A DNA stretch of 64,000 nucleotides. It comes from Schmidtea polychroa. Its lineage: Eukaryota. Position 1 is the stretch's first letter. Each line of letters starts with the position of its first letter. Location of the stretch: assembly GCA_044892525.1 (NCBI GenBank), contig CM097885.1:4528001-4592000 (forward strand), in the 5' to 3' direction. Positions 63,596 to 64,000 of this stretch are shown in pieces. A model generated the notes under the pieces. It did not search any database. It saw nothing but the letters and a program-made list of their open reading frames with translations, and was not told the DNA's origin. The translations under genes were made by a program, and so were the position numbers.

Positions 63596-64000
63596 TAGCT
63601 ATTATCAAAATTATTAATTAAATGATATATAATTATTAATTAAAAAATAAACTAATTAAATATTTCATTTTTATATTTTATATTATCAGAATATTTCAAC
63701 ATTTACAACATAAATCATAAATCATACTTATTATATTAATTATTTATTCTGACGTTTACAATTTCAATATTTATAATTTGTATTTTGATGTAGATAAACA
63801 AACATTTTATAAATATTGTATTTTAGCTTTGAGGGCAATTCGAAAAATTTTTACTGTTAATTTTCCGTATTTTTCTCATCATATTTTTTTCATAAAATAT
63901 TTCAATAAAAAAGTAATAATTTATAGAATTTAATCTGATTAGAAAGGAATTCAAAATCAACAGAGCAAAAATAGAAATTCAAATAAAATCAATACTTTTT

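Overview
This is an AT-rich eukaryotic window, with short GT-AG introns, (AAT)n microsatellites and several TRAF paralogues. That composition suggests a triclad planarian-type genome, which is inference only. The window is mostly nested mobile DNA. Polinton/Maverick material comprises a long protein-primed PolB ORF running off the left edge, three further PolB shards, an adenain-like protease and four same-orientation right termini ending CCA(T/C)(C/A)TACT. Two Penelope insertions in AAT tracts carry a variant minimal hammerhead ribozyme. There are also several hAT, piggyBac, pogo/Tc1-type and non-LTR remnants, and four Ty3/Gypsy segments, one nearly intact with both LTRs. Host-type genes are an intact four-exon RING-zinc finger-coiled coil-MATH TRAF gene, a RING-less TRAF paralogue with a premature stop, TRAF fragments, and a His-rich repeat protein whose repeats resemble kinase DFG...APE activation segments. 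The most unusual signal is a chuvirus-glycoprotein-like (env) C-terminal region lying upstream of, and in the same reading frame as, a Gypsy protease/pre-RT region (37166-39135, minus strand).
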